Positions 22,200 to 36,675 are shown, numbered from the stretch's first letter. The stretch is 64,000 nt of DNA from Eukaryota sp. TZLM1-RC (GCA_040285825.1 JAUPSS010000001.1:2294001-2358000); one strand, 5' to 3'. Notes: generated by a model from the letters alone, not told the origin. Made by a program: numbers and translations.

Positions 22200-24530
22200 T
22201 ACCAGGCTGAACCATAACTGACTGTACTAAAATCCCGTTGGAACCAAAAACGCCGAGTCTGAAATTTGAGCTGTAATTTCAAACACTTGCAAAATTAGAT
22301 GTTATCAATTTACTAAATTATGATATTATTGATATTATCACAGTATCTCCTTTTCCCATGGACAACGATCCACTTGATTTTGTTTCCCTTTATGAATGCA
22401 TACGATCTGCCTTCATCTTCTCCACAACCTACCTCTCTTTTCGGTAACCCCAATGTGACGCTTTGCTCAACAAAAGTTCCACTCAATTCTCCTCCAATTT
22501 CAGGCAAAAGCTGGCTATTCAAATACTTTACGGAGTCAAACGACGGTATTAGGTGCAACTTCCCAGAGTGCGAAGGAAACAACACGCCTTACTCAAACAA
22601 ACGGAAAACGGCACGTTGATTAAACACCTCCATTCTCTCCACTTAAATGAATTGCAAGAATTCATAAGAGAGCGTGGTCCTCTCCATGTTCCTCTTGCCG
22701 CCTTCTGAGCCTTCAGCCGAGTTGCCCTTCAGTTTCGTCGAGAGTCCTGCATTGTTGAAACCTATGCGATATCGAAATCCCTCTGTCAAACAGTTGCAAT
22801 CCAAACAAAATGTGCAACGTAGATTTTTCAATTCTGCTTCATCAATGAAGGAAAATGTTATTCAGCAACTCAGTCAAGTGTCTAATCAGATTTCTTCAAC
22901 CTGGTATTTATTGACATCTGGATTTCAAAGACCATACATTGCTTCGACAGACCACTGGATTGATTTCTACTGATTTTTGAAATCAGTCTTACTGGAAATC
23001 AAACAGTTACCTAATTCATACACAGACGAGTGTATAACAGGTTACATGTTAAAGGTCCTTTCATATTTTGGAATTTCTGAATAAACACAATTGGTGTAAC
23101 CACAGACATGTTACAGCTGGTATGGCTACTTGCCCAAGCACTTGAATTGTGAGGCTCTCATAAGGTACACCGTCGACGTTGTCCACACATTCTAAATTTA
23201 CATACGTGCTACACAGCCGTATAATAATACATGGAAACATTCAATAAAGAAAAACAATTGGTTTCGATGTCGGTTTCCAAAATAATAAAACTATCAAAAA
23301 TAAAAAATTTACTACCAAGTTACATCAATCTTCTGCTTTGAAAAAACACTGGAATAATTTATTTCTACAATACAAAGGAACTAATTCTATCTGCAGAATT
23401 TCCTTAGATAGTGTAACACACTGGAATTTTACATATTTGATGTTATCACGATATTGGGAACACTCAGCCAATGTGGAGGCTGTCAATGGAACAGCTAATA
23501 CAGATTTGACGTCTTTAAACTGAAGTGAGAGCAAAAAATTCTGGATTTTACTTTAAATATGTTTTTGAAAACATTATATAAGGTGACTATCAGGATTTCA
23601 TTATCAACTGAAGGCATCATTTTATTTTATATGTCCAAATTATCTGAACATATAGACAAAACTTTGAATATGACACCAATGTCATGGTTACAAGCATTGT
23701 GTGAAAAAATGCAGTCCAAGATAGACAACTACATCGGATTTGCTCAAGACGAAATTGTTTACATAGGTGATGTTCTAAACCCTTGTATAAAATTGATATT
23801 GATGCCTAAAGAGCTTCAATTACAATATGATTATCAAAAACAATCCATTTTTGAGTTAGCCTTACGAAATGTGAGCTGATCCATTGTTGAGATTGATGAT
23901 GATGACTTGTTTGTAGAACCTCTTGTGACAAAACCAAGGTTGGATACTTCCTATGATAAACAGCTGTCTTCTCACCTAGCAGAAAATCTAAAACCTCAGT
24001 CAATTGAACCTTTATACTGGAAACTTAATGAAGTGTGATTTCCCCATTTACCGTCGCTTGCTCGGGATGTGTTATTTATACAAGCATCTTTGGTTTCTGG
24101 TGAACAAGTGTGCTTTGGTGCACGAAGGACGGTGTCAGAATACAGAGCGTCATTAAGTGACAAAAGTGTTCAAGCTATTGTGAGTCCGAAAGTTTGGCTA
24201 AGGTTTTTAGAATAAGAAACTGGTGGTTCACTGTGCTCAAAAATTTGTTTTTGTTTACAGGTTTTTAATGAGTTTCTTGTTGTTAAAATAAAAGGAATAT
24301 TGTATTTAATGTATTTTGCTCAAATCAACAATCAATATTTATTCAATATTTTTGTGACTTAATCAACGATTATAATTCTTTTGTTTACTCTTAAATTGGT
24401 GGTTTTCTGGTTCGGAACCCAAATCAAAGAATCAGCAACCGAACTGGAAACAAAACTAGTATTTTGGGAACCAGACTGCAATTGAACATAGTTTTTTGTT
24501 AGAAAAATTGTTCGGAACCAAACCTTGGAC
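22200..24530 (+). mobile_element. Degenerate hAT DNA transposon (pseudogenised transposase)
   Basis: BED-finger-like WLFKYF...RCNFPEC; DSVTHWNFTYLML; LNP.IK; C-terminal dimerisation-like FPILPSLARDVL.IQAS...R.SL. GGAACC-type subterminal repeats. Ends approximate. Confidence 0.8.
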
Positions 24531-24623
24531 AGATTTATCCGACCTATCGGAAAAGTTCAGACCATTCGGTGATGTAACTTCGGTCGGCCGACTGAAATCG
24601 GACCTAGTAATAACCATTTAAAC

Positions 24624-25105
24624 TAGTGTTGTCAAATGACTCAAATCGAGCGGATTTGGGAATCCCCAAGTCCACTCGACTTTCACTTGAGTCGTTTGTC
24701 AGGTCAAGTCAAATCAAATCTACTTGAGCACTATGACTTGATTTGAAAAACGACTTGGAAACTAAGAACTGTAATAGAGATGCCTTTTTATAAACTATTA
24801 ACAATAACTCAGCCTACAGCACTTCACCACTACCAATGACTCCAATTACTTCATCTCTGTCGTCAATACAAGCTTTAAGGATGTTTTAAGAACAATATGA
24901 ATTACCTACATTGATACATCTTTGGTTGTTTTGCAAAATGTATAACATCTTTGACAACAGTAATATCTGCATGTATATGAACTGTTAAGTCAAGTTATTT
25001 GACTTAACTTCGAAACTTCCAAATCGACTGCACTTTGACTTGAGTCAAATCAGAAACAATGACTTGACTTAGAAATGACTTGAGTGAAGTCCTTTAACAT
25101 CACTG
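24624..25105. mobile_element. hAT-type MITE (482 bp)
   Basis: Perfect 8-bp TSD ATTTAAAC (24616-24623 / 25106-25113). Imperfect TIR TAGTGTTGTCAAA / CAGTGATGTTAAA. Dense GACTT/AAGTC subterminal repeats. Confidence 0.88.
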
Positions 25106-26118
25106 ATTTAAACACACTAAATTCCGACCTAAAAACAATTTCCAGCCTGTCGGTTGACCAGTCCGCGACCTAAGTCAAGTTGGATGACATAAGTCAAAGG
25201 TTCTAACACTGGTTATATGAGTTGAAACACAACTGTCGTATAGAACAAAACAATATTGTTTTGTAATATAAGGCAATTAGTATTTCGTCAAACAATCAAC
25301 ATTGAATGTGTCTAACAATATTCGCCATTATAAATTGCAATACACACAATTCTGTATCTAAAAACTCGGTTGTATCTTGTGAAGTTCACAATGTTCATAT
25401 AAACGATAGATAAAATGACAACAAGTATACAGTGGACATAAGTTCAATTTTTTTACAAATAACCTTCAGTCATCAATACAAGTAGAACCAAGAAGTGTAG
25501 GGACGTTATTAAAATTCTTTATTTATTTAATTTTCCAGCATTACACATGTTATAACGGGTCAATTTGGCAATTAGTGGTGACTTACCCTAGCAATCATTA
25601 TTGAATAGGCAATCAAATTTTTATCAATCTTAGAGCCTTTGGCAAGCCAAGAAGGATTGAATGACTGATTGGAAGACATCTCTAAGTTGTACAAAGTTAC
25701 TTGTATAGCAACTCGTCAAATGATACTTAAAGCAGTTTTAACTTTCACATTGTAAAGATTCAAAGTCAAGTTTAAATTAAACAAAGTACTTTGTGTCTCA
25801 CATTGTGAACATTTCAGTTGAACCTGCTTTTAAGTAGTTTTTTCTAAAAAAATGAATAACGTTCTTGGTGTAAAGCAGCAAATTGTAACTACTTTTGAGA
25901 AGTTGATCTTCATACATTCTAGTTAAACGCTTTTGTAATGTTCACAATGTGTATTTAAAAAAAATATCAAAACCTTAGGTACATTACCACGATGACCATG
26001 AAGTCCCATGCAATATGGTTTCATTTTTTTCTTGATATCTGAAGTTCTCAATTCTCAAATTTGAAGATTGATTTTGACTATATTGATTAATATTGGACCT
26101 CCATCTTGGACATGCTTT

Positions 26119-28521
26119 ATGTCTAGTCAGGAAGAACCTGTGACTCCTACTGGTCATGTTTTCAGTGCTATACCACCACCACTCCCTCTCTTTGATTTTC
26201 CGGTCAAAAAAGAACAACCTATCACTGCACCCAATAAGTTTGTTTTTGTCAATTCTAACTCTAGTGGTATATCTCAACCTCTGCTTTGGCCAGGCACCAC
26301 CTTCTCTGATTTCCCCTCTCCTCTTGAACCCATTGTCCCTGTATCCCCTGATTTAGCCTCCCATCTCTCTAATGAATACAGTCAACGATCTGCAAACCCT
26401 CAAAAACTTTTAAATCGTGTTGTTTACGACTGTCTCAACCCCCCTCCAGATTCACCTCCTACCTCCACCAATGTCGGCAACTTGCCCCTGTGGTACAATC
26501 TGTCTGATGAAGGTGACGTTACCTTGCAGTTTGAATCACGTTTTGAATCTGGAAATCTTCGTCGTGCAGTCCAAGTCTACCCTTTTGAATATGATTTAAT
26601 TCTTAAGCCTGATACAGAAACTCGAGGTCACACTCAATGGTTTTATTTTTCCATTAGAAACTTAATCCCCAATCAAACTTATAAGCTTAATATTATCAAT
26701 TTCACCAAGACAGATTCCCTCTACAATAAGGGTATGCTTCCTCTAGTCTATTCCCTTTGTAAATCCAAATATGAAGAGGTTGGTTGGTTTAGAGGTGGTG
26801 GTGACGTGGCATATCACGTCAACAACATCAAAAGAAAGAATAATAGTTGGCATTATACCCTATCGTTCACCATTTCTACTTCCTACGCCCATGATACCCT
26901 CTACATTGCACACTGTTTCCCTTACACCTACACATATCTTCGTCATTATCTACGGGACTTGGAAGTTTGTCCGCAACGACGACAGCGTTTCAGGAAAAGG
27001 GTTCTTTGTAAGACCTTGGCCGGGAACAACTGCTATATGTTGACAATTACCTCTTTTAGTGGTGATCCTGACTCTCTAAAGCATAGGAAGGGTATTGTTA
27101 TTACAGCAAGAGTCCATCCTGGTGAAACAAATTCTTCCTTTATGGTCCAGGGCATCATTGACTATCTCACGGGACCTTCCTTAGATGCAAAGATTTTGCG
27201 GGACAATTTTGTTTTTAAAATTGTCCCAATGTTGAATCCTGATGGTGTGGTTTGTGGTAACTATAGATGTCATTTATCAGGACATGATTTGAACAGACAT
27301 TGGTCAGAGCCCAGTAAGAAGCTCAATCCGACTATCTATCACGCAAAGAATATGATCAAAAAGTTTGCTGAAGATAGAGAGTTGTTGGTGTATTTAGATC
27401 TGCATGGCCATTCAAGAAAGAAGAATTGTTTTGTTTATGGTTGTGAAAATTTTAATAATCCTGAGCTAAGATTGGCTGAAAAAGTTTTCCCCAGAATTCT
27501 TTCTTCAAATATTTCCTACTTTTCTTTTTCAGATTGTAGCTTTAGGGTGCAGAGATCTAAACAAAATTCAGCGAGAGTTGTGGTCTGGAGAGAGTTCAAT
27601 ATTATCAATAGCTTTACTTTAGAAGCTTCTTTTTGTGGCGCCAGCATGGGTGATGTGTCTGGTTATCATTTCACGAGACAGCATTTGAAGGATATTGGTA
27701 GATTATTTTGTGATTCGATTCTTGATTACTGTGATCCTGATCAATCAAAAGTGATTGGTATCAGGAGGGAGTTGGAGTTATTGTATCCTAGTTTGGAAGC
27801 AGTACAGGAGCTTGATAATGGTTATGAGTCTGACAGCAGTGAGGAGGAAACTGTAGGTAAAAAGAAAAAGAAAAGTAAAAAGAAGAGGAAGAAGAAAGAT
27901 GATGATAAGAAGGTATCTGTGGATGACAGTAACGGAAACGGTCAAAAACTCACCATCATTGTCGACAAAAAGCATGATGAAGTTAATCGATCAATCACTC
28001 AGGATGACGTCAGCGAACGCTCAGAATTCGAAAAACCACCACTGCAAAAAATTCACAGATCAGGATCTCTTTCAAGCATACACTATTGCTCTGATCATTC
28101 TACTAGACAATCTTCAGTTGAATCTCCTGGTGAGGACGAGGGCCCTAAGACGTCGAGAAGTGACAGCTCTTCTATAACAATGGATGAGTATGAAGGTTTC
28201 CTAAATTCAAAAAGAAGAGCTCAAAGTGCCAGTTTGATTGAAAAATTTAGAAATTTAGAACGAGTGGCACAAAAACACCCCAAACAGTCAATTTTGTCGT
28301 CTCTTGAAAGTAAAAGTAATAGAAGCGCTACACCACCAAGGTCTGTATCCAGGAAAAGGAGCTCCACAACAGTAGAAAAACCTTTCTCTGTCGTTCAACC
28401 GTCCAGTCTGAGTGCGCGACTGCCACCACTTTTTGTTAGTGAAGAACACAAGGAGGAAAAGAAGGAAGAGAAGAAGAAGAAAGGAAAGAAGTCGAAAAAT
28501 GGAAAGAATAGGAAGAGGTGA
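26119..28521 (+). CDS. Cytosolic carboxypeptidase (M14D; CCP/AGBL-type tubulin deglutamylase)
   Basis: FESGNL, TQWFYF, AHCFPYTY, RVHPGE, MLNPDGV..GNYR, DLNR, DLHGH, FTLE motifs; basic low-complexity C-terminus. Confidence 0.95.
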   Translation: MSSQEEPVTPTGHVFSAIPPPLPLFDFPVKKEQPITAPNKFVFVNSNSSGISQPLLWPGTTFSDFPSPLEPIVPVSPDLASHLSNEYSQRSANPQKLLNRVVYDCLNPPPDSPPTSTNVGNLPLWYNLSDEGDVTLQFESRFESGNLRRAVQVYPFEYDLILKPDTETRGHTQWFYFSIRNLIPNQTYKLNIINFTKTDSLYNKGMLPLVYSLCKSKYEEVGWFRGGGDVAYHVNNIKRKNNSWHYTLSFTISTSYAHDTLYIAHCFPYTYTYLRHYLRDLEVCPQRRQRFRKRVLCKTLAGNNCYMLTITSFSGDPDSLKHRKGIVITARVHPGETNSSFMVQGIIDYLTGPSLDAKILRDNFVFKIVPMLNPDGVVCGNYRCHLSGHDLNRHWSEPSKKLNPTIYHAKNMIKKFAEDRELLVYLDLHGHSRKKNCFVYGCENFNNPELRLAEKVFPRILSSNISYFSFSDCSFRVQRSKQNSARVVVWREFNIINSFTLEASFCGASMGDVSGYHFTRQHLKDIGRLFCDSILDYCDPDQSKVIGIRRELELLYPSLEAVQELDNGYESDSSEEETVGKKKKKSKKKRKKKDDDKKVSVDDSNGNGQKLTIIVDKKHDEVNRSITQDDVSERSEFEKPPLQKIHRSGSLSSIHYCSDHSTRQSSVESPGEDEGPKTSRSDSSSITMDEYEGFLNSKRRAQSASLIEKFRNLERVAQKHPKQSILSSLESKSNRSATPPRSVSRKRSSTTVEKPFSVVQPSSLSARLPPLFVSEEHKEEKKEEKKKKGKKSKNGKNRKR

Positions 28522-29049
28522 TTTTCATATTTGTTTTGCATTTATAGTTTTTACGATTGAATATGTAATCTTTTTTCACATTATTAATTCAAAATTAGTC
28601 ATTTTATTAAACAAATTTCTTACAAACTGTTTTTTGATGAATATAGACAAGCTGGCTGTGATCATGATCTTTGTTCATTTTTCATTCATTGAACAGTGCA
28701 TTAGATTCATCGCAGTTTGTCTGGCCAAAATATATGGGTTGTCTCCAAATAATGACCAATAATAATAAAGTGAAATAAGCTAAACTACTGTCTTTAGTCT
28801 TTAGTCGTTGTGTCAATCTAGTTAATCTTTTGTCAAAGTGATCGTTCCCGAAATCGATAAATGGAGACATGAATTAATTTTAAATTATTTTGTTAACCTC
28901 CTACTTCCTTTCCTAGATTATAATGATGACTCGCCTTATCACACAAATCATTAGGTAAATTTTCCTTTGGGTGTGTCTGACTTGAGACCTGATTTTGTTC
29001 TCATAAAAAAACAAAAAAAACATTGAAAAATAAAAAAAAATAAAAAGTC

Positions 29050-31870
29050 AGTAGTAACACAAAATTCTGTTTGTTCTGTTGTTCGTCAGTGTCTGGATTC
29101 AATATTTCGGGTAGACCCCTTTTTGTTTGTGATTATTGTACGCCAGTTGATCCTTGTAGACCTCCGTTTGCAATTCCTCAATTCGTTTCTCCTGCTCATT
29201 CGTCTTTCCTTGTCACAGTTATTCGATCTTTAACATTCTCTCTTCGTAATGGTACTTGGAATCCTTCCATTTTTTGGAAATTCTTTCTTTCTAAAGCTAT
29301 GTCCTCAACACACAAGAAATACAATCATCAGGTGTCGGTTCAACTATCTAAAAATGTAAAAAAAACGGTTTGAGTCTTTGATTCTTCGTTCGCAATACTC
29401 TTCAGCTCTCAAATTATTGACTGGTTCTTCTCCTGCTGCTTTTGATGAAGAAACCTTGAATTCTTCAAATTCTGTTCATTCTCCTGAAGATTTTACCACT
29501 GGCCATATTGTTTCTGATGCTGAACATGATTTCTTCACTGCTAATCCTATTACTTCTGATAAAGTTAGTGTAGCTATTAAAGGACTTCCGTCTGGTCGTA
29601 TTGCTGGGCCTTCTGGACTTAGTTATGATCATTTGAAATCGGCCGTCAACATATGCCCAGAAATCGTTGATGATTTAGCATTCTTTTTAAATTGTGTTAT
29701 TTTGGGACGTTTCAAGTTACCTCAAGCGTTAACGGCATCTCGTTTAGTTGCTGAAAGTAAACCTGGTGGTGGTGTCAGACCCATAGCTGTTGGTGAGTCA
29801 TTAATGAGATTGTTAGCAATTATTTGTTTTAAGTGAGTTAAGTCATCCGCAATTAATTTCTTTCGTCCTTATCAGTTTGCAATTGGAATTCCTGATGGCA
29901 CAACTTGTGCTGCCTTGTGTACAGATTTACTTTTTCATCAAATAGGTGAAAACTATTTATTGAATATTGATTTCAAAAATTTCTTTCAACTCAGTTTTTC
30001 GCTTAAGTATTTTCCAAGAACTTGAACTTCACTATCCTTCTGTTTTGCTGTATTTTAAATTGATGTATGGATCGCCCTCTAACCTAATTTTCCATTCTGA
30101 GAATATTGTTTCGTCAAGAGGTGTCAAACAAAGGGATCCTCTAGATCCATTTGTTTTTTGCTTATCACTTCAATCAGTTTTAAAAAAATTCAATTTGGAT
30201 TTTCCTGACATCCATTTATGTGCTTATGCCGCTGATTTGTCGCTTAACGGTCCTTTGTTCCTTTTACAACAAGGGCTACAATAGTTCGTTATTCTGTCCC
30301 AACAATTTGGGTTAGATATTAAATGCCCAAGTGTTTCATTATTGGTAATCAGAATTGAGATAACATTTAATGAAAATTTCATCAAATATGTTGATTATGA
30401 AGCAGATGCGATTCGTTTTCTTGGCTCTTATTTTGGAAATAGTGGAAAAATTAAATCGATTTTGACAGGTATTTTGGGAACAATTGAAGAGCAACTTTTA
30501 GCTATCCAAGAACTAAAAATTGACAAGCATTTAGCGTTTTCGGTTCTGAATGTGTGTTTTGGATCAAAATTTAATCACCTTCTTCGTTCTTTATCTCCTA
30601 CAATTTCACATGATTTTGCACGTCAATTTAATGCTCTGAGAACCAATTTTTTAGGAGATTTAGTGGAAGTTTGTCCGTCAAAAATTCCTTATCATGCCTT
30701 TTTTAGTCCCAAATTTGCTGGAGTTGGTTTTTCAAAAGCAGAGTATTTATACAAAAGTGATTTCATTGGTGGTATGAAAAATTTCTTTTTGAGTGGAAAC
30801 TCCGGTTTGATCAAATTCCTTTGAATGAATCACATCCTTCATTAATTTCACTCGAAAACATGGTGCAGGAACTACCTATTGATGTGTGGAATCAGTGTTT
30901 TCCTTCAAATTTGCCTTCTGTACTTTCGAGATTATTGACTAATCTTCATCTTGCTGCTGTGAAATTATAGAAGTCTGTTTTAATTGGTTTTGAAGACCAG
31001 GATTTCCCTAAACGACCTAGTGTGACTAAGATAAGTAATCCCGTCTTTGCTGCCTTTTTATCAGACATCCAGAATTGCACTAGTTTAATATCTCAGCAAC
31101 CAAGGCCATTAGGTCTTCACTTAACAAATGAAGCTCGGAACCAAAACATGCGTTTGAGATTAGGGCTGTTTCCAAGTGGTCTTTTGGATAAAATTTTTTG
31201 TATTTGTAACGAAAAACCGACTATCAATTTCTGTCATATTGTAAGTTGTAAGAAATTTCTTCAATATCGGTCAGTTCTTCATAATGCCGTTCGTGATGTG
31301 ACATATGAGATGTTTAAGTGTAACAATATTAGTTGCAAAGTAGAACCTTTTTTGAAGCATTATAGTGATGATAATCTGTTTAATTCACGTCGTGGAGATT
31401 TCATTGCTCCTTTTGTGGATTCCTCTCAAGTTGTTGTTGATTTTACTACAGTAGATCCCTTTGCTTTTATTTATCGTGATGATGTTTTAGTTAGTTCTAA
31501 TGGCCATTTCAATAGGGTTGAGAATCGTAAAAGAGACACATATGCTGAGATATTAATGATTTAAACAAGAACCTTTACTCGAAGTTTTCGTTTGTTCCTT
31601 TTGCCCTCTCGATTTTTGGTAGCATTGGACAGTCTGCCTTGAATTTTCTCAATGATTTTGATTATTTATGTCGTTTAAATGGTAGGAATTTATGGAAGAA
31701 TCGCATCATTTTTGCTTTGTACAAAAGTGTTCCCAAATACTTAAATTTAATGATGTCCAAGCTGTATAAGGATTCATCAAGAGTTGGCGCGTGGAGAATT
31801 ATGTTTTGTATGTGTTTTAGTTTGTTTTGTTTTGTTTTGTTTCTTCGTATAATAAATTTTGTTAAAAAAT
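29050..31870 (+). mobile_element. Near-full-length degenerate CRE-like non-LTR retrotransposon (family F)
   Basis: AGPSGL, VRPIAVGE, FNSV.R, SSRGVKQ.DPL, AYAAD RT motifs; C.C..H..C, HNAVRD, RRGD, VDFT endonuclease motifs; many breaks. Confidence 0.85.
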
Positions 31871-32177
31871 AAAAGAAATAAAAATATAAAAAATAAAAGA
31901 GATAGATGTAAAACAGAATAAAGACAGTGCTGATTTGTGTGTGAGCATCTCCGAAGGAATAGTATTTGGATAATTGGCATATATTAAAAAGCATGAAATT
32001 CCACGGTCCTGAATTGTTTTCGTTCAATTTTGATTTTTTCATTCATTACCAATTGAAGTTTCTGCAAGAAAACTAGTTGCTGATATCTGCATTTCATCAA
32101 TGAAAAGATTACTTATTCTAAGCAATTAATTAAGTTATTACTATTTTGTTTCTACATTTTAATTTATTTCAACGAGA

Positions 32178-35100
32178 AACAGCATGCAAAATACAATTTG
32201 TATCCATTTGTATTTTCCCTTTTTGGTTCACTTGCACCCACTGCTTTACGTTTTTTGGATGATTTTGATATGATTGTAAAGAGAAGAACTGGCAGAAATT
32301 TTAACAGATTGTTTTGGCAAAATAGAATTGTGTTTTCTATTTTTGAGGGGATGTTGAAGATGGTTTCTGATGCTTTGCTTTCTCTTGGATCTCACTATGA
32401 GAGAGTTGCATCTGGTGTTTTCGTTCTGGGAGAGATGGATTTTTTAGATGTTGATTTATAGGTTTTGAATAAAATTAAAATTAAATAAATAAAAACGAGA
32501 AACTCAACTTAAAAATTCAAATCTTCATATCCCAAATAAACCAAAAAGGATTGTTTGGAAGCTTTTTCTCTGTGCAAACGACCAAGAGATAACAAAACAG
32601 AAGATAATATGGCGAAAACACCTTTAAAAATTGAAAATGAAATTCTAGTCTGCCAAAACATTCTGTCAAAATTTTTTCCTGTTTGATGTTTCACAATTTC
32701 AACAAAATCGTCCAAGAAAGATAAAGCAAGTGGTACAAGAGAGCCATGTAGGGAAAAAGCAAATCGACAAAAGACATAATGAGTATGCGTATCAGCATCC
32801 AAAATAGATATTTTGCCTTAGTGTTTTCGAGTTTTCGGCAACAAACGGCGGATTTTTGTGTTTTGACTGAGCTAATGGTATGAAAGAATTATAACACACA
32901 TCAGTTGATCTCACATCAGTAATGATTGTCGTCCTCCAAACCCTTCAAGCATTAAATTACCATTATTTAGATTAAATGAGTTCCAAATAAATTCATCAAC
33001 CAAACGAGAGAATGATGGTTCAAAACCAGAAACAATTCTGTGTGATTTTACTATACAATAGAGTTGGTCCCTTACTGCATGAACTTTTGATCGAAAAGTA
33101 GAGTTTACAATTAAAAAAAATGATGTGGAGCCATTCTTGATCCACATTTGCAATTCCAATTATGAGGCACATTCTCAGATCAAAAAAACAACGAAGGCGC
33201 ATTGTATAACAAATGGTGGTATCATCTAAAAGAAGACTATAGATTTGAGAAACTTGAGTCATTAAACACGAAAAGGAACTGTTTTGGGCATCTAACAGAA
33301 AATGTGCGCAAGCGGGATTATCAATTTTGACTAAGCCAAGGCGAACATTAAAATCTAAGCCTTCAAAAACTATTGTTAATTTCTGTTGTAATATATTGAT
33401 ACCATACCTCAAATTGACTAGCTTTCATTTTCTAGAGGTGTATGTGGTAATTCCTGTACCTCATTAGGAAAACACTTACTCCAAATATCAGAAAAAATCA
33501 AGAACATTTTCAAGGTCTCTTTAGTAATCATTTTTTTTGAATGAATACAGTAAATCAACATCATATGCAAAGCGGTTACAAAATTCAAAAACCCGATTTT
33601 TCAATTCAAGGAGAAAATCAACTTGACAGAGAATAGACGATTTAGTGAAATTAATACCACCAAAATTAGATGATGAAAACACATGACTTCGAATTAGTTC
33701 AGGATTGACATCAATGAAAGATACAAATAATTTTGTTTTTAAGTGGTTAAATGAGCGGCAAAACTCCCGTGAAATGTTTGGACAAGTTGTTCGTAAAATT
33801 TGAGTAATTTCACCTGAGTAACAAATTTTTGAGATAAAAAATTTAATATTTTTCTCTATTTTAACCGAAGAAAATGTATCAAGTTCAGAACCTGAAGATG
33901 ATTTTCATAAGAATAACAGAGGTGATGTTATATTGCATGGATTAGATGGAAGCTTCATTTTATTGGATGTAATGGCTGTTGATCCTTGTAATGCCTCAAA
34001 TGAAAGGCTTGTTAATCCTGAAATTCATAATCCTTTTTCAAATGCTGAAAATTTTAAAATCAAAAAATACAATGAACCTTTGTCCAAATTGTCCAGTCAA
34101 CAGCATGCAAAATACAATTTGTATACATTTGTATTTTCTCTTTTTGGTTCACTTGCTCCAACGGCTATACGTTTTTTGGCAGATTTTGAATTGATTGTGA
34201 AGAGATGAACTAACAGAAATTTCAACAGATTGTTTTGGTAAAATAAAATTGTGTTTTCTATTTTGAAGGGGATGTTGAAGATGGTTTCTGATGCTTTGCT
34301 TTCTCTTGGATCTCACTATGAGAGAGTTGCATCTGGTGTTTTCGTTCTGGGAGAGATGGATTTTTTAGATGTTGATTTATAGGTTTTGAATAAAATTAAA
34401 ATTAAATAAATAAAAACGAGAAACTCAACTTAAAAATTCAAATCTTCATATCCCAAATAAACCAAAAAGGATTGTTTGGAAGCTTTTTCTCTGTGCAAAC
34501 GACCAAGAGATAACAAAACAGAAGATAATATGGCGAAAACACCTTTAAAAATTGAAAATGAAATTCTAGTCTGCCAAAACATTCTGTCAAAATTTTTTCC
34601 TGTTTGATGTTTCACAATTTCAACAAAATCGTCCAAGAAAGATAAAGCAAGTGGTACAAGAGAGCCATGTAGGGAAAAAGCAAATCGACAAAAGACATAA
34701 TGAGTATGCGTATCAGCATCCAAAATAGATATTTTGCCTTAGTGTTTTCGAGTTTTCGGCAACAAACGGCGGATTTTTGTGTTTTGACTGAGCTAATGGT
34801 ATGAAAGAATTATAACACACATCAGTTGATCTCACATCAGTAATGATTGTCGTCCTTCAAACCCTTCAAGCATTAAATTACCATTATTTAGATTAAATGA
34901 GTTCCAAATAAATTCATCAACCAAACGAGAGAATGAATGGTTCAAAACCAGAAACAATTCTGTGTGATTTTACTATACAATAGAGTTGGTCCCTTACTGC
35001 ATGAACTTTTGATCGAAAAGTAGAGTTTACAATTAAAAAAATGATGTGGAGCCATTCTTGATCCACATTTGCAATTCCAATTATGAGGCACATTCTCAGA

Positions 35101-36320
35101 TCAAAAAAACAACGAAGGCGCATTGTATAACAAATGGTGGTATCATCTAAAAGAAGACTATAGATTTGAGGAACTTGAGTCATTAAACACGAAAAGGAAC
35201 TGTTTTGGGCATCTTACAGAAAATGTGCGCAAGCGGGATTATCAATTTTGACTAAGCCAAGGCGAACATTAAAATCTAAGCCTTCAAAAACTATTGTTAA
35301 TTTCTGTTGTAATATATTGATACCATACCTCAAATTGACTAGCTTTCATTTTCTAGAGGTGTATGTGGTAATTCCTGTACCTCATTAGGAAAACACTTAC
35401 TCCAAATATCAGAAAAAATCAAGAACATTTTCAAGGTCTCTTTAGTAATCATTTTTTTTGAATGAATACAGTAAATCAACATCATATGCAAAGCGGTTAC
35501 AAAATTCAAAAACCCGATTTTTCAATTCAAGGAGAAAATCAACTTGACAGAGAATAGACGATTTAGTGAAATTAATACCACCAAAAATTAGATGATGAAA
35601 ACACATGACTTCGAATTAGTTCAGGATTGACATCAATGAAAGATACAAATAATTTTGTTTTTAAGTGGTTAAATGAGCGGCAAAACTCCCGTGAAATGTT
35701 TGGACAAGTTGTTCGTAAAATTTGAGTAATTTTACCTGAGTAACAAATTTTGAGATAAAAAAATTTAATATTTTTCTCTATTTTAACCGAAGAAAATGTA
35801 TCAAGTTCAGAACCTGAAGATGATTTTCATAAGAATAACAGAGGTGATGTTATATTGCATGGATTAGATGGAAGCTTCATTTTATTGGATGTAATGGCTG
35901 TTGATCCTTGTAATGCCTCAAATGAAAGGCTTGTTAATCCTGAAATTCATAATCCTTTTTCAAATGCTGAAAATTTTAAAATCAAAAAATACAATGAACC
36001 TTTGTCCAAATTGTCCAGTCAACAGCATGCAAAATACAATTTGTATACATTTGTATTTTCTCTTTTTGGTTCACTTGCTCCAACGGCTATACGTTTTTTT
36101 GGCAGATTTTGAATTGATTGTGAAGAGATGAACTAACAGAAATTTCAACAGATTATTTTGGCAAAATAAAATTGTGTTTTCTATTTTGAAGGGGTTGTTG
36201 AAGATGGTTTCTGATGCTTTGCTTTCTCTTGGCTTTCACTATTAGACAGTTGCAGCTAGTGTTTTTGTTTTAAGATATATGGATTTTTTAGATGTTGATT
36301 TATAGGTTTTTAATAAAATA
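32178..36320. repeat. Tandem duplication (~1.92-kb unit, ~2.1 copies) of a composite of family C (+) and family D (-) non-LTR fragments
   Basis: ORFs 32509/34430 and 33933/35855 recur at offsets of 1921-1922. Confidence 0.92.
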
Positions 36321-36650
36321 AATTAAAAAATAGTTCAGAACCCAATTTCAACAAAAGATTATTTAATTCTTCATTACTTTTGGGAACATTTCCAAACCAG
36401 CAACCTAGGAAACGAAAAGCATCTGAGCAGCTTACGAAAAGAATTTCAACAGCGACAATGGTTAAGCTCTCTCTGACATTTGACATAAGGAGACATTTGT
36501 TGGGATTAAACAAAAGACAGAAAAGAGACCTAACAAAATGGACCCAGAATATGGAGAATTTTGCTGGATACTCAAAAATTCGCCATTATTATCAGTCGCA
36601 AAAATTTCAAAGAGTTTTTGATTGTCGTTGAACTTCATCACAAGCATGAT
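36320..36650 (-). mobile_element. Non-LTR RT fragment
   Basis: FNPNKCLL...DAFRFLGCWFGN. Confidence 0.65.
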
Positions 36651-36675
36651 TTGCAGCAGATGATTTTTAATCGTG

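Noticed and set aside
24624-25105. Clustered GACTT/AAGTC repeats as a CRISPR-like array
   Set aside because: Short, irregularly spaced and enclosed by a TIR and 8-bp TSD, so they are transposase-binding subterminal repeats.
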